A DNA stretch of 63,992 nucleotides, counting the filler, from Hyphochytrium catenoides (taxonomy: Eukaryota; Protista; Hyphochytriomycota), in assembly GCA_900088475.1 (NCBI GenBank). It is 9 parts of 9 records of this genome, joined end to end, with 100 filler letters (N's around TTAATTAATTAA, not from the genome) between each part and the next. Parts side by side here need not be neighbours in the genome. Positions count along the whole stretch, not along the records: positions 14,150 to 27,911 come from FLMG01004186.1; positions 28,012 to 47,777 come from FLMG01003583.1; 7 more parts are not named here. One strand, given 5' to 3'. Positions 21,646 to 33,888 of this stretch are shown piece after piece. The translations under genes and the position numbers were made by a program. How positions within the stretch are numbered: the first letter of the stretch is position 1; the number at the start of each line of letters is the position of its first letter. The notes beneath the pieces were generated by a model that was not told the origin of the DNA, did no database searches, and saw only the letters and a list, made by a program, of their open reading frames with translations.

Positions 21646-23592
21646 CTGGCCTGCCCACATTTTCAAAACATCAGTGCGCTTCCTGGGCGAATGGATGTAT
21701 CGCGTTCCCCAATACAGTGAGTGCTCTTTCTCCTGTCGTGCGCCTGTCGTCCTTTGACGAGCATTAGGTTAGGAGATTCTATGAGACCTGTTGCGCACAT
21801 AGTAAAACATTACGTACATTTTCAAACATCAGTGGGCATTTCACTGGCGGAACGCATTGTGCTTACAGATGAATAAAAAAATCCTACAGTGCGCTCTCTC
21901 CTCCTCTCTTTGGGAGCTTACCTGGAGGTTTCTTGCCCACATTTCATTGAAGAAGAGATCAGTGCGCTTCCGCGCGCATGAATGATTGCATTGCCCAGTG
22001 TTCTTATTCGTCCTCTCAGAAGCATTCACTGTCCTCTGGCATTTTCCCAAGAACAGGATGAGGAACAGCGTAGTTTTACGTGGGGTGGTTCCACAAATCA
22101 TCTTTGTCGTCCAACCATCATACTCATTGGAAACCTATTCCATCCTGTCCGAAACCTGTATTATAAGGCCAAGGGCCCCCCGGCACCGCGACAGCGGGCC
22201 TGCTACTTATTACCACAACATATGATTCAATCGTTGATGCCCTTGGCCTTCAGGTCAAGGGTCTGAAATGCGAAATTGTGTGTGTGTGTGTTCGCTTCGC
22301 TTGAGTCGTTAGACGAAAAGCGTAGCGTTTGCGCCTCCCTAAAGTACAAAAGATGCAAATGATTACAAAAGCAAGAAGCAAAAGTACAAAAGATGCAAAT
22401 GACGAAACAAACAAAACACACGATTATAGACAGACGTTACGGTGAACTAGATTGAATAGAACGATTGAAATCATGGGAATTTCTATCATGATACTAGAAT
22501 AAAAGGGAGAGTAGGAGCAGATTCCAACTATAAAAGCCTAAACCTTTTAAAACTCTGGTTTAGGTGAGTTATTGTTCAACCCCCATAACGAAAAGAAGAC
22601 ATTATACCTAGGAATAGGCCAACTTTTCTCGTTTCTCTAGAAATATCCAAATGGCGATTTCCTTATATTGTGTGTCTGTTGTTAGTGTGTTAGTTAGTTC
22701 GTTCACTTGGTAGTAGTACAGGCTGGTCAAGCCAAAAAGAGCCCTAAAGTTCCGCCCTAATTTCCGGAGTCAATATTGCGCCAATCTCGCTGAAACTTTG
22801 CAGTTAGGTTCTTGTAGACGTAAACTATCGTTTCAGTGTTGCAACCCTTGACATATGCGACTGGTTGTGGGTGATTTTGAACTTTGCACGGCACCGACTT
22901 TTCATGAATTTTATAATTGTAGAGCTCATAGTCCGAAATTAGATAGGTTGCAACACGAAAGGGATGGAACACAAAAAAGAAAGGTTTTTCATGAGCGGTT
23001 CGAGGTTACCCGGAAGAGGTGTTTGGACCCGGGTTGGAGAAAAGTGACTTAGGTCGGGTTGGGGGCTGCTGGACCCGGGTGGAACCTGGGTCAACACGAC
23101 CCGTGGCACAACACTATCCGCAGTGTATAGCGTGACTGGTTCGATGTCTTGATAGTCGCGGAACCAGCTCTTTGCACCAGTGACGTGATCAGACGCACCA
23201 CTATCGATAATCCATTGTTGACTTCGTGAGCAGTTGAGGACAGTCGTGGCAGAAGATGAGACATTTGCGTAGTTGGAATCCTGGAGTGCATTTATTACTT
23301 TAGCTCTGTCATCTGCGTCAAGTGTGTAAGCAAGGCCAATAATAGAGGTGGTAAACTGTTTTGTGCGTCGTCCCTCCTTGACGGATTTTCAGTTTCTTGG
23401 ACGACGATGTGCATTGGACTCCACTCCCAGCAGTGTTCTGACCTATCAGTCTTGCGGCTGCAGTGTTAGCACGGTGTGCGTGGTGTCTTGTCGGGCTGCT
23501 GTACGGTGTATATCCGTCGATAGCGACTACGTTTGCCTTCGCCCATTGCTTTCCTACGCTGGATTTCTTGGATGAGGATCTCGTTGATATCC

Positions 23593-24070
23593 TCAGCCTT
23601 CATCTCTCCCGTGCCGCGAACATGAATTCGCCTCCTTGACCGTAGACTCGAAGGATTTCGGGAGACTGTTCAAGATCGCTGCGATGTGCAGCTTGTCGAT
23701 GAAGTCTTCTTGCTTCATCATGTCTTCAATCACGGTACGATGGCGGGTGATGCTGTTGAGATGTTTTCCCATGTCATCTCCTTCGTTGAAAGTTGATGAC
23801 AGAAAAGAAACGAGCAAGGCTACAGTGGTTGTTTGAGTTCCGGCTCTCGTAATCGTCTTGTAGCAGAATCCATGCCTCCCTTGCAGTGGCTTTGCGCGGA
23901 ACAATATGGACGATGTCGTCCGACAGAGCGAGGATAATCTCAGTCTTGGCTCTGTGATCCGCCTTCAGCCACTTTTCTCGCGCTTCATCCTTTAGATCCT
24001 TTGAAGATTCAGTTCCTTCGATGTGATGAGATAGGTCAAGCTGAGATTTGGACAGTATACTGACCGTCAT
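23593..24070 (-). pseudogene. Ty1/Copia gag (UBN2-like) relic
   Basis: W-LKADHRAKTEIILALSDDIVHIV..TAREAWILLQDDYE, then in another frame MGKHLNSI...AAILNSLPKSFES. Frameshifted. Confidence 0.8.
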
Positions 24071-24267
24071 CTATACTACCGGATCCTACATCCAATAGTA
24101 CTGGCTAGTTGTTTTGGTCGCCGGCGAAACCGGGTAGCCGTTAGTGCCCGTGGAGCTTGTTGGCTGCTCCAGGGGGCCGACTTGATCTTGGTCTCGGTCA
24201 GGATCGCAATGGTCCAGTGGTTGGCTCAGAGGCCTCAGAACAAGTTTCCGAGTCCTGGGGGACGCGT

Positions 24268-24602
24268 GGGCCCATAACCTCTTGTATTATATGGGATGAT
24301 GAGACAACGTCATTAGATGAGAGTGCTCTACTTATAAGCCCAACAGGGGTCCCACAATTTAGAGCTATTCTGTCTATGCCAATTACTCCTAAGAAAGTCT
24401 AACATATTGAGTTACAGAGATATCCCTGTCTAGAATAGTCGGTCCTGAAGGTATTCCGGGGTATTGACCATAAGCCATAGATATAAACAGGGACATTTCG
24501 TTTGCTTCATATCTCGGCTTCTACTGGAAGTTTAGAGCTGAAACTTGGGTAGTTAAGCTTGCCAGCTTGTAGTCCACATAGCTGTGCCCTCAGACTCCAA
24601 CA
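24268..24602 (-). mobile_element. 5' LTR (24602-24283) and PBS (GGTTATGGGCCC, 24279-24268) of a minus-strand Copia element
   Basis: TGTTGGAG...TAATACA LTR followed by the Copia-type PBS and then gag. It is homologous to the LTR at 27032-27355. Confidence 0.85.
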
Positions 24603-25599
24603 TGCGAAAATATTACAGTTCTCAACCCCCTGAATCTAGAGTATTGCCAACTTCCAATTGTCTAAATTCCCCATAGAACTGTGATCCTGCAACAATCAGA
24701 GTCATGCCATCCGGCGGCATGTCCACCAAGTTGGAATTTCTAATAGAGCAGCGAGCTCTCTTTATGGGTAGGGTTTGGACAGATGTTTACAAGTAAATAA
24801 ATGGACAAGCCGGGATTCGAACCACGGACCTCCAGGTGATCACGAGGCGTGCTACCACTAGGATATTACACCACATGCCCTTCTTCACTGTAAACCTATC
24901 TGTTTTACATGTACCGTGACTGAACGTTAGCCCCTTCGACCACTGCAGAATCATTGTACAGCGCAGTACAACTGCAAACATATCACAGTTCCCAACAGTA
25001 CTTGTCCACTGAGCCATCGCTATGCAACTTGACCCTAAAGACCCATTGAGAGCCAATGAGCGCCGGGGGTGGGGGCACTAGATCGTAAAACTTATGGGAC
25101 TGCATTGATGTAAGCTCTGAGGTAATGGCGGCTAGCCATTCTGTGGCATGAGGTCCAGAGAGTGTCTCGCGGGACTGTTTCCGGTTCAGAGCATGCAGAA
25201 GATTAGCCTAGCCTATTGGAAGAGAGAGAGAGAGTCTTCTTGTAGCAGTCTATCACGACCACAAGTGATAGGACCGACTGGAGAAGTGATTGTGGTTGGA
25301 GAGGAGGGAGAAGAAACTGCCGGATGATCTTCATCATCTTCGCCAAGCTCGCTTGTGTCCGTCCCATCAGCAACGCTGCTCTCTAGCTCCGGCCCCAGAA
25401 AGTCATTGGTGGGCTCCTCTGGACTTGCTTCGTCAGTAGAAGGTGCAGTCTCTTTTTCTGCTTGTCCGCTGCACTCGCTTCACCACCTAGTTGCCCTGCT
25501 TCAGCGTCAGTTGCTTCGTCGCTCCCTATGTTGGGAACGGAGAGACATAGTCCTAATGTTGCTGACGTTTTGTATGTTTGAATAGAAAGGCCCCAGAGC

Positions 25600-26470
25600 G
25601 ACACTAGTCGATAACCACATTACGCCGCACAGAGATGCTTTGGGTCAGAGAAGAATCATACAGTCGATAGCCATGGGTGCCAGAGTCATACCCTACAAAG
25701 ATATACCGAGAGCTCCGCGCATCAAGCTTTCACAGCATCGTCGACGGCTTTAAAGCATACGCAAGTGAACCAAAGACCCGTAGGTGACCAACATCAGGCG
25801 GCTTGCCGTACCACTATTCGTAGGCGGTAGAGCCATCGAGTGAAGCAGTAGGACAGCGATTGATCACATGAACTGCGGAGGCCAATGCATCTGCCCAAAA
25901 AAAGAGGCAGGTCAGTAGCAATCAGAAGGCATCTCGTCGCCTGCATGACAGTTCTCATCCAGTGTTCAAAGCAGCCGTTGCTAGAGGGGGAATAAGCAGG
26001 TGTAGGAGAGTGCAGATCCCCCGGCGAGAGCACGCTCTGCGAGCAGCACTTCTAGCGAGCTCCCCCCGCGATCGGAGCGTATCTCCTTCACGCGCTCGCC
26101 CATCTTCTGGTTCTCCATGAAAAGACTGAGCTCCTCCGACTTAGCTCTGCTTCTCCTTACTCCGAAGAAATTGCACAAAGCACCTCCGAGAGTGATCATC
26201 CACCACGAGTAGAAAATGTACATAGCCTTGATAGCTACGATTACTGACATGCCAACGTCGGCGTGCAGAAGTTCCAGCAGTCTTGTTGTCTTACGGGGCT
26301 GAGCGTGGTAAGGCTTACGAGTTAGCTTCTCAAGAATGCAGGTCTCATAAAGACAAAGCTGCTGAGAGGTCTATCAAGGGGTATACCGGGAGCCTGCAGG
26401 GCTAGTCTTCGAGTATCTGTGTGGTTAAGATGATTAAGCCGTTTGTACCACAGGGTGATAGGCTTTTGCT
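25600..26470 (-). pseudogene. Ty1/Copia integrase relic (pre-integrase, core, SH3)
   Basis: LWYKRLNHLN, LELLHADVG, RVKEIRSDRGG, TPAYSPSSNG, HLRVFGSLAYA, KLDARS..IFVGYD..GYRLYD across shifting frames. Confidence 0.85.
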
Positions 26471-26749
26471 TGCTCGTAGCTGCTGCTAGCCTTGGAGGAG
26501 AAGAGTCACTTTGTCCCCGTGCATCCGTAGTGTCCGAGGAGTAATAAACGGTTCCATTATTGGTCAAACAATACGTCTCATTCGCAATGTCCTATGAGCG
26601 GGTCTTTGCCATCAGCCAAAAGTCTCTGACTCTCATCCTGGATGTGAATGAGGAGGTCTAACTCATCCAAGTAACTTCGTACCCGGCTTGACCAGATAGG
26701 ATACTAATCCTTTGGATGAGCCACGAACAATACACAACCACCAACCAAA

Positions 26750-27030
26750 GTCAGTTACCATTTGGCATCGCCCCCTGGGGCACCTCAAAATTCCAGACAT
26801 CAGGAAACTAGCCAAAGTCCCTTAAGGTATCCAGATCAACCATGATGACGCTCAGTTCTGCTCCGAATGCATTCTAGGCAAACTGACACGCCGTAAGTTC
26901 CCCAAGAAAGCGACTCGTAGAGCCTAAAAACCCCTGGAGCTAGTTCACTCCGATGTGGGAGTTGTCAATACTTAGCCTAGGAGGACACCGGTACTATGTT
27001 GTCTTCGTAGATTATCACACCCGGCGGACC
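26750..27030 (+). pseudogene. Second Copia integrase relic, opposite strand, cut by the LTR at 27032
   Basis: IWHRPLGHL, FCSECILGKLTRRKFPKKATRRA*KPLELVHSDVG, HRYYVVFVDYHTRRT. Confidence 0.85.
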
Positions 27031-27031
27031 T

Positions 27032-27366
27032 TGTTCGATTGTATGGGATGATTGGACAATGTCATTAGATGAGAGTGCTCTACTTATAAGCCCAACTGGG
27101 GTCCCATAAACTAGAGCTATTCTGACTATGCCAACTATTTTCTAATAAACCCTAAGATATGGAGTTATAGAGATATCCCTGTCTAGAATAGTCAGTCCTG
27201 AAGGTATTCCGGGGTACTGACCATAAGCCATAGATATAAACAGGGACATTTCCTTCACTTCATATCTCGGCTTCTACTGGGAGTTTGGAGCTGAAACTTG
27301 GGTAGTTAAGCTTGCCAGCTTGTAGGCCACATAGCTGTGCCCTCAGACTCCAACACCTCCCCGCAG
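27032..27366 (-). mobile_element. 3' LTR (27355-27032) with PPT (27366-27356) of another minus-strand Copia copy
   Basis: Diverged copy of LTR 24283-24602, preceded on the minus strand by the purine tract CTGCGGGGAGG. Confidence 0.8.
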
Positions 27367-28861
27367 CTCAAACTCCCTATCGTGAAGGGTCGAAGCTGAA
27401 CATTCAACACCTCCCCGCATGCTGTAGACCCGCTAGAAAGAGATTGCTTGGTTCTGAGGTTTCCATTGCACACATTTCTCGATGTACGATGAACAGCGAG
27501 GTTGGCGAGATGTTGTTTCCTTTGCCTCTTTGATAAACGCGTCAGATCTCCAGAAAATTGCACATTGTCTGATTGCTTCAGCGCTAGGTAGAAAGAGTGA
27601 AGAATATTGTTATCAGCGTCAATTTCTTGATTCGAAGCCTGGGGTAATGATTAATTGTCCTTCCTTTGACCCCTTGGGACCTTGATGTTGGTTGACTCCT
27701 GCCGTGCTTCCTCTTCGGAAAGAGATACTTTAGCTGGTTGTTGAGATGTTTCCTTAGTGATGAGCTGGTTGTGTTCTTCAGTTCTTCTCAGTATTGGCTT
27801 GTCTGCTTCACGATAAGAAGTCTTCTTCTTTGATGAAGATAAATCAATAATTTTCTTCAAAGATTTTGACAGATTCCTTTTAGAGCGTGATTTCCAGAAA
27901 GACGGTCTGTGNNNNNNNNNNNNNNNNNNNNNNNNNNNNNNNNNNNNNNNNNNNNTTAATTAATTAANNNNNNNNNNNNNNNNNNNNNNNNNNNNNNNNN
28001 NNNNNNNNNNNGAGAGAGAGAGAGAGAGAAGATGCGAGAGATGTCATCATCAGAAGGAATGACGTGGTGATGGCTCTGTTTGGCCATTCAAGCTGCTGGG
28101 CTGAGTGTTGTACTCGTACAAGTACAGTCACTATTCCTATTCCTCCCAAATCACAATAGGGCGGTCATAAGACTGATTGAGACCAACATATCAAGAATAG
28201 TCTCAGCCAACGAGTTTCGTGAGGATTATGCTATTATGCTCACGCCGTATCTTGACGTACACGGTCGTAGATTCGAGAGAGTTTCCAATTCTCCCAAAGT
28301 CCGATGCAGGATCTAAATTCGGACAGTCCGACTTTAGATCCTGTATACCCCTAGATCAAATCAAATGTACAAATCTAGGACTGATTATCAATCTGATCAT
28401 TGACATCCCTTGAAATAAACTTCGTGGACGGCTTCCTGCCCTTTGAAGACGAGGAAGTACATTCTCATCATCGCCTTTATAGTTCTAGAATAATAATAAC
28501 CTTCATCAGACTCCGCTAGAGCAGCGGAGGATCCTGCGCCGAGCAGAGCTTCACCAGCCTCCTAATGCGCTCTAGCAGAGCTTCACCTGGCTTATTAGGA
28601 GCTTCAGAGCTTAGGCCCATTGTCAAGCGATAGGGATTGCAAGGCCTGAACCGTTTGTTCTCTTTCTAAACGAGCACTAAAGTTTTGCTAGACCTAGCAG
28701 TGAACTGAGTTGGAAGAGGTGAAGGAGGACGACGCTCTGCGTGAGGCGGAAGACTCACATTCGTCCCATTAGGTGTGGACCCTTGAAGCAAGACAAAAGC
28801 TTTCCTCAATCTTCTATAAGTTGACTTGGTGAGAGTAGCAGACGTCTTTGAACAGCCGAAC

Positions 28862-30050
28862 ATGGAGTCAGCGGAAGACAGAAAGAAGAGACTCAAGCAG
28901 CTTCGTCAGGCGGCAATGGGGGACCAAGAGGGTGGGAAGCAAGACGGTGCCGAGACGGCAGAACCAGAGGAAGAGGAAGAGCAGCCTAAGCAGCCTATAA
29001 AGTTCAGAAACTACCGCCCAGCAGCTCCGGAGCTTAAGGGAACTACATTAGCGGCTCCCCCGCCTCCGTCGGTCCAAGCAGAGAAGGAAATCGAAGAACT
29101 AAAGGAGACTGTGCAAAGTAGTGCTGACACAGATGATAATCAGGTACACCTCTAAGAAATTATAGTGCCAAGCTCTCTTTCCGGTCTTTGTTGGCGTGTG
29201 CTCCTGCTTTATTTTAAGGCTGTCACAGAGATAATCTCACCTGATTATCAAATCTCCTCTGTTGGCACCTAGCTTGGTCTCGTGCTGGCATAGGGTTTGG
29301 GGCTAAACGGTCGTCTTGCTAGCTAATCTGTGTCTTTTACGTTCGGCGGCTGGATCTCGCTAACAGTTTTGTAGCTGCAATAGCTCTAAGTCGCATTAGA
29401 TCCACCCAGCGCGTCGTTCTCTATAGCCCTTGGCCAGATGACCGCTTCTTGTTGCACGATCACTTTTTGGAACTACAATTCTATGTTCATCCACTCTTCT
29501 TGCTCTCGCATCTGGCATCGTTATCTTTCTAGCTTGATGGTGCTCACGTTTGCCTATTGCAGTTGCTGAACATCGCCCCCAAAAAGCCGAACTGGGACTT
29601 GAAGAGGGACATAGAAAAGAAAATGAAGATCCTGGACAAGCGAACACAGAAGGCGATAGTGGAGATCTTACGTAAGATTCTTCTTTAAGAATGCTCTACT
29701 TCTGGCTGGCCAACTGTCAGACTATGGCCCTTCTTTTCCCTCGTCATATGTCTCTTTCTGGCTTCTGCCCTTTATAGTCCTTGCACTATGGGTCCCATAT
29801 TCGCAGACTTTCTGTCATACCGTCTGATCTATTCATATGTAGCTTCCCCTTACCTTTCTAATCCCTGGTCATCCATGATTTGTCTGTTTCTACGGGTTGG
29901 TTATCTCCCTTCTCATTGCCCTGAAGGCTAACTTGTGTGGGCACTGGTCTACGCACGTCATTTACAGGAGAGAAGTTAGCCGCAGAAGAGTCATCGGAGG
30001 GAGAGGAAGACGAAGAAGATGAGGATGACGAAGACAGTGACGAGAACTAG
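28862..30050 (+). CDS. CCDC12: Splicing factor Cwf18/CCDC12 (3 exons)
   Basis: Exons 28862-29143, 29563-29671, 29968-30050, all GT-AG and in phase. Motifs: RKKRLKQLR, IKFRNYRP, LNIAPKKPNWDLKRDIEKKMKILDKRTQKAI, acidic tail. Confidence 0.93.
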
Positions 30051-30929
30051 GACTGAAAGCATGGCGTAGCTCTTGTGAACTCCCAGACTGTTATATAGAC
30101 GAAGCTGCGGAAAGGATGGAAGGCAATGTTTGGAACCACTATGTCGGGATCTAGGGGTGGGACCATAAATGATAAGCAGTGTAATGGGATGGCTGCTTAG
30201 GCTGACGGGGACTCCATATGACTCTGTCCTCCACTTCCAGTTGTTAAGCCTATATTTATTAGTAAGGCTAAGAGATGTTGTTGACTGATAATGAGCTCAT
30301 TTGCATTACGTATCAACCTCTTTATCTGCTCTGTTACTTCTATAAGAACATCTGCGCCAACGCTTCCTATTATTGCCTTGCTAGCAAGTCAGCCCAACGT
30401 CAGCTTCTCTAAAAATGAAGGTGAGCGGCAAATGGTCTTGCAAACGCTCCAGAGAATGTCTCAGAAGTCCACCAAAGCTCTCCACCTACACTTACCCCTC
30501 CACCCCTCCACCGGCGAAGTTGGAGCTCACCTCAAGCGTTTGGAACAGGAATCATCTTGCCTGGGCGGGCGACTGTAGGTGTCGTTCAGGAGCTTGCGGA
30601 GGAGGAGGCTGTCGACAATTCGCTTCCAGAACCAAGAACGAAAAACGATGCTCACGAGCCACTAGTTCCTCTGCCTTTAGCAGTTGACCCTTGATGAGTG
30701 GGCTAACTGAAGACGAGAAGAGGGCCGTGGTGGATATCCTCATATTGTTAGGAAGCTCGATACCAACAAGCGTTAAGAGATGAGTAAGAGGAAAGAGTGC
30801 AACCGGTAGAATCGAAGAAGATTGATCCACGAGCGGAAGATGAATTTCCTTAAGAGAGGATCAGGGACTGCGCATTGGATATTGGAAGAAGGCAGGACGG
30901 AAGCGGGGAACTAAGAAGAGAGTCGGGGC

Positions 30930-31844
30930 AACGCTTACAGCACACCAAATCGTAGCGCAAAGCCTCCTTTCAACAACTGTGACGGCGAACCCTTTCGTAG
31001 TTTCTCCTTCCGCGGCGTCGCTAGCCTCAGCTGTCAGAAGCTTGGCAAGCCACCGTAGTTTCCTCTATGCTCTTTCTTGGAGGATAGGATGGCACAATCT
31101 AATATACCCCTCATTCTCAGAAGGCGGATCACCACTGACAGGAGACACAAAGAGAGAAGCAAGTGTCATCGTTGGAGACGTACAATGTAAAGCCGTGAAG
31201 CCTCCGGAAGCGGTTCTTCCCTTCAGGTTGCCGTACGGAGGCGGCGAGGAAGCTAGTAGCACTTCTTAGAATGTCTCCATAACCCGCGCTCTGCCGTTAT
31301 CTGTGCGGGAAGAGCCGTAGTACCATCTCTGACTGTCTAGACGACAAGAGGTGAAGTCTACTGAGAGTCCCGCAAAGGCATGCAGGTCCAAGAGTTATAG
31401 GGAATAAAACAGGACAAGATAATATCATGATCTCAAGGTTATGAAGCGGCGAGTCCGCGAGCCAGGTAAGTGCAAGTATGACGATGAGAATGGCAGCGGA
31501 GTTTCAAAGCCAAGAGCGGAACGTGGTAGTGCTTCAATAGATTCGTCTGAGAGAAGAGAGTAGTTCTGACTGACTTGTAGAGGAGTGGCATCGTTATCAT
31601 TCTTCGCATCCGGCGGCCTGGCCCCGCTCTTGAGCAGCAGCCGGACATCATCAAGTTTCGCGTTGTCGACCGCTGTGAAGAGAAGGCTGTCGCTGGCAGA
31701 TAGGACTCTGTGAGGACTCGGGCGCAGTGGAGCCTTTATCCTGCTGGCGAGAGCTGCCAAAGCGCCCGGTAGCGCCGCGTTTGGGGTCACTGACGCTTTG
31801 TTCTTTCCTGATCCCTTGCCTCCAGACTTCTTCTTCGGAGGCAT
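30930..31844 (-). pseudogene. Ankyrin-repeat gene fragment, copy 1
   Basis: MPPKKKSGGKG...LFTAVDNAKLDDVRLLLKSGA..DAKNDNDATPLQ, then a GT-AG intron, then a frameshifted exon ..VLLASSPPP..GGFTALH. It abuts a fragment homologous to the exon in the 33.9-35.0 kb palindrome. Confidence 0.7.
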
Positions 31845-32819
31845 CGTGCTTATCTAAGGAAAATGGCTGGAGTTGTACACAGCAGAAGGGGCAGCAGCCT
31901 CTGCAATATACGTACGACTGGCTAGAAGCGACACTATAGAGATGAGCAGACTCCTAGGAGGCAGAAAGCGGCGAAAGAGCCGTAGATATTGCAAGGTAGC
32001 CCCAGACAAGACAGAAGCCAGAGCACCGTTGGCAAGATGGATTCTAGACGCAATGAGGCTGCACTCAATCACATCATCATCGCGCTGGACTTGGGACCAT
32101 TACCTCGCCTCATGCAGAGTGTCAACCAAAGAGATCAGAGCTTAGTGCCTTGACAAGGGCAAAATTGGCAAGCTCCGATGGAGGAACAGCATCACCTACA
32201 TGGTCAGCCAGAGCAGTGAAGCAGGGAAGAGTAATAAAAATGGCGCGGATTCAATCTACTATTTGGAAGCTTTTCTTCTTCTCCTGTCACCCACCATCCC
32301 CTCCTGTCCGTTTCATTCTGTCTGGAGACAATAGCGAGGCTACAGAGCCTTTTCAGTGCAGCAATTGCGAAGCAGTACGAAGATGCAGATTGGAATTTTG
32401 GAGCTCGCGAATATCGCTATTCTGAAGCTCATGAGAAGTTAACCGTGCTCTTCAATGGAACGCGATTGAAATTAGGGCTGCAGTCATGCGGCGTGGCCAT
32501 TGCTTCTGCTAGTGGGGCTGCTTGTCGCTAAGGGAAGCTCTGGCTTGACAGTCATTCCAAGGGTGGGCGTCTGGGTGGCTTGGCAGACATCCCAAGTGTG
32601 GGCGTCTAGATTGTCGTTCCGTAGTGGGTCGATTATCTAATTATAGGACCTCGAAGCATACGCTTGCCGCCTTTGCCTTGACAACAGTAGCCAAGAAGGC
32701 GGCGACCCATTGCTGTGCTGTCTCGCTATCCGCTGCATGGCCCCTGCCATACACCTTCCAGTCATCAATAACTTTGGCCTTGCGTTATGACCAAGAGAGT
32801 CCTTCAGCCGTCAACAATT

Positions 32820-33145
32820 TCGTAAGGATTATAGGCATAACAAGGAGGAGTCTTCGTGGATATCATCTCTACACATGGAAGGGATCCCTGCTGCGGGATG
32901 GAAGTGTTCCGGGAACGTCAAGAAGCTCTACGAGGCCGACGTCAAGGGATATGTGTACAGTTGCAGCCACCAAGATGCTGCTTCCGAAGGACGGCTCCAC
33001 GCAATGTACGCCGCATCTGATAAACCGTGTTCTTGTCTTTCAATCTTGTTTGCTCACCCATGTCATTTCTCTGCAGTGGGATTGAGTCAGTCAGTCTCTG
33101 GTTCTTCAGTGCTGAATACTCCCAAGGTGGAGCGTTGCTGTTGAC
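32820..33145 (+). pseudogene. Truncated degenerate copy of CFAP20DC exon 1, intron 1 and the start of exon 2
   Basis: Aligns to about 39500-39845 (PAAGWKCSGNVKKLYEADVKGYVYSC; KMLLPKDGSTQ). ATG lost; frameshifts. Confidence 0.85.
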
Positions 33146-33444
33146 TGATAGCTACGCAAGGGAAGGTCTCTAGACGAGGGCTTTCTTTCTAGCTCATCAA
33201 CTGCCGAGATACCTCTCTCTGCGTCCTATCGCTGTACAGCGACTCTTCGTTGTCTTCGTCGCTTATAGTGTTGCGCTGGCATCCTTGGCTTTCCCCTTTC
33301 TACACACTCTAGTCGCACTATCTGGTCTACCCGTCACCGATCCAGTCGTTGTTGACTATTCCATGTTGAACTTTTGTTTTCCTTTTTCCGCTTGTCCTTC
33401 CTTGAGGGCTAAACAATCTGGGCGCTGGCCATCGGCGCTGGTCC

Positions 33445-33888
33445 TCTGTAGGGGAGAAGGTCGCCGCAGAAGAGACGTCGGAGAGAAAAGGAAACGGAAA
33501 TTGAAGATGACATAGGAAAACGGCGAGGACTGGCAGCTCATCATAGACGAAGCTTCGTAGAGGATACGGAAAGAGTCTCCCACGACAAAAGTGAAGAAAG
33601 GTATGTTTGGGACCACGGTGCCGCCGTAAGGTAGGGTGGACCCTCATAAATAGTCAAGCAGAGCAGGGGGTCAATTGTTTATAGGCAGACGCATGCCTGA
33701 CCGCGGCCTAATATCACTCTGTTCTCCACCGCGAGCGATCTGGCGCCCGTCTCTCTTCCAGCAGCTGTTTAGTCTTATCTACTAGTAAGGCTAATGAGAG
33801 ATGTTGTTGACTGAAAATGAACTCTTTTGCATGATGTATAACAACTTTCTTTATTGGCTCTGTTACTTTTATAGAACATCTGCGCCAA
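33445..33888 (+). pseudogene. Degenerate duplicate of the cwf18 last exon and 3' flank
   Basis: gagaag..gccgcagaagag..tcggag matches about 29968-30000. tagtaaggctaa..agatgttgttgactga..ctctgttactt..agaacatctgcgccaa matches about 30260-30360. Confidence 0.75.

Noticed and set aside
22717-23100. TA-CAGGCTGGTCAAG Tc1/mariner-like end and repeated ggacccgggt G-rich motifs
   Set aside because: No convincing partner TIR or transposase found.
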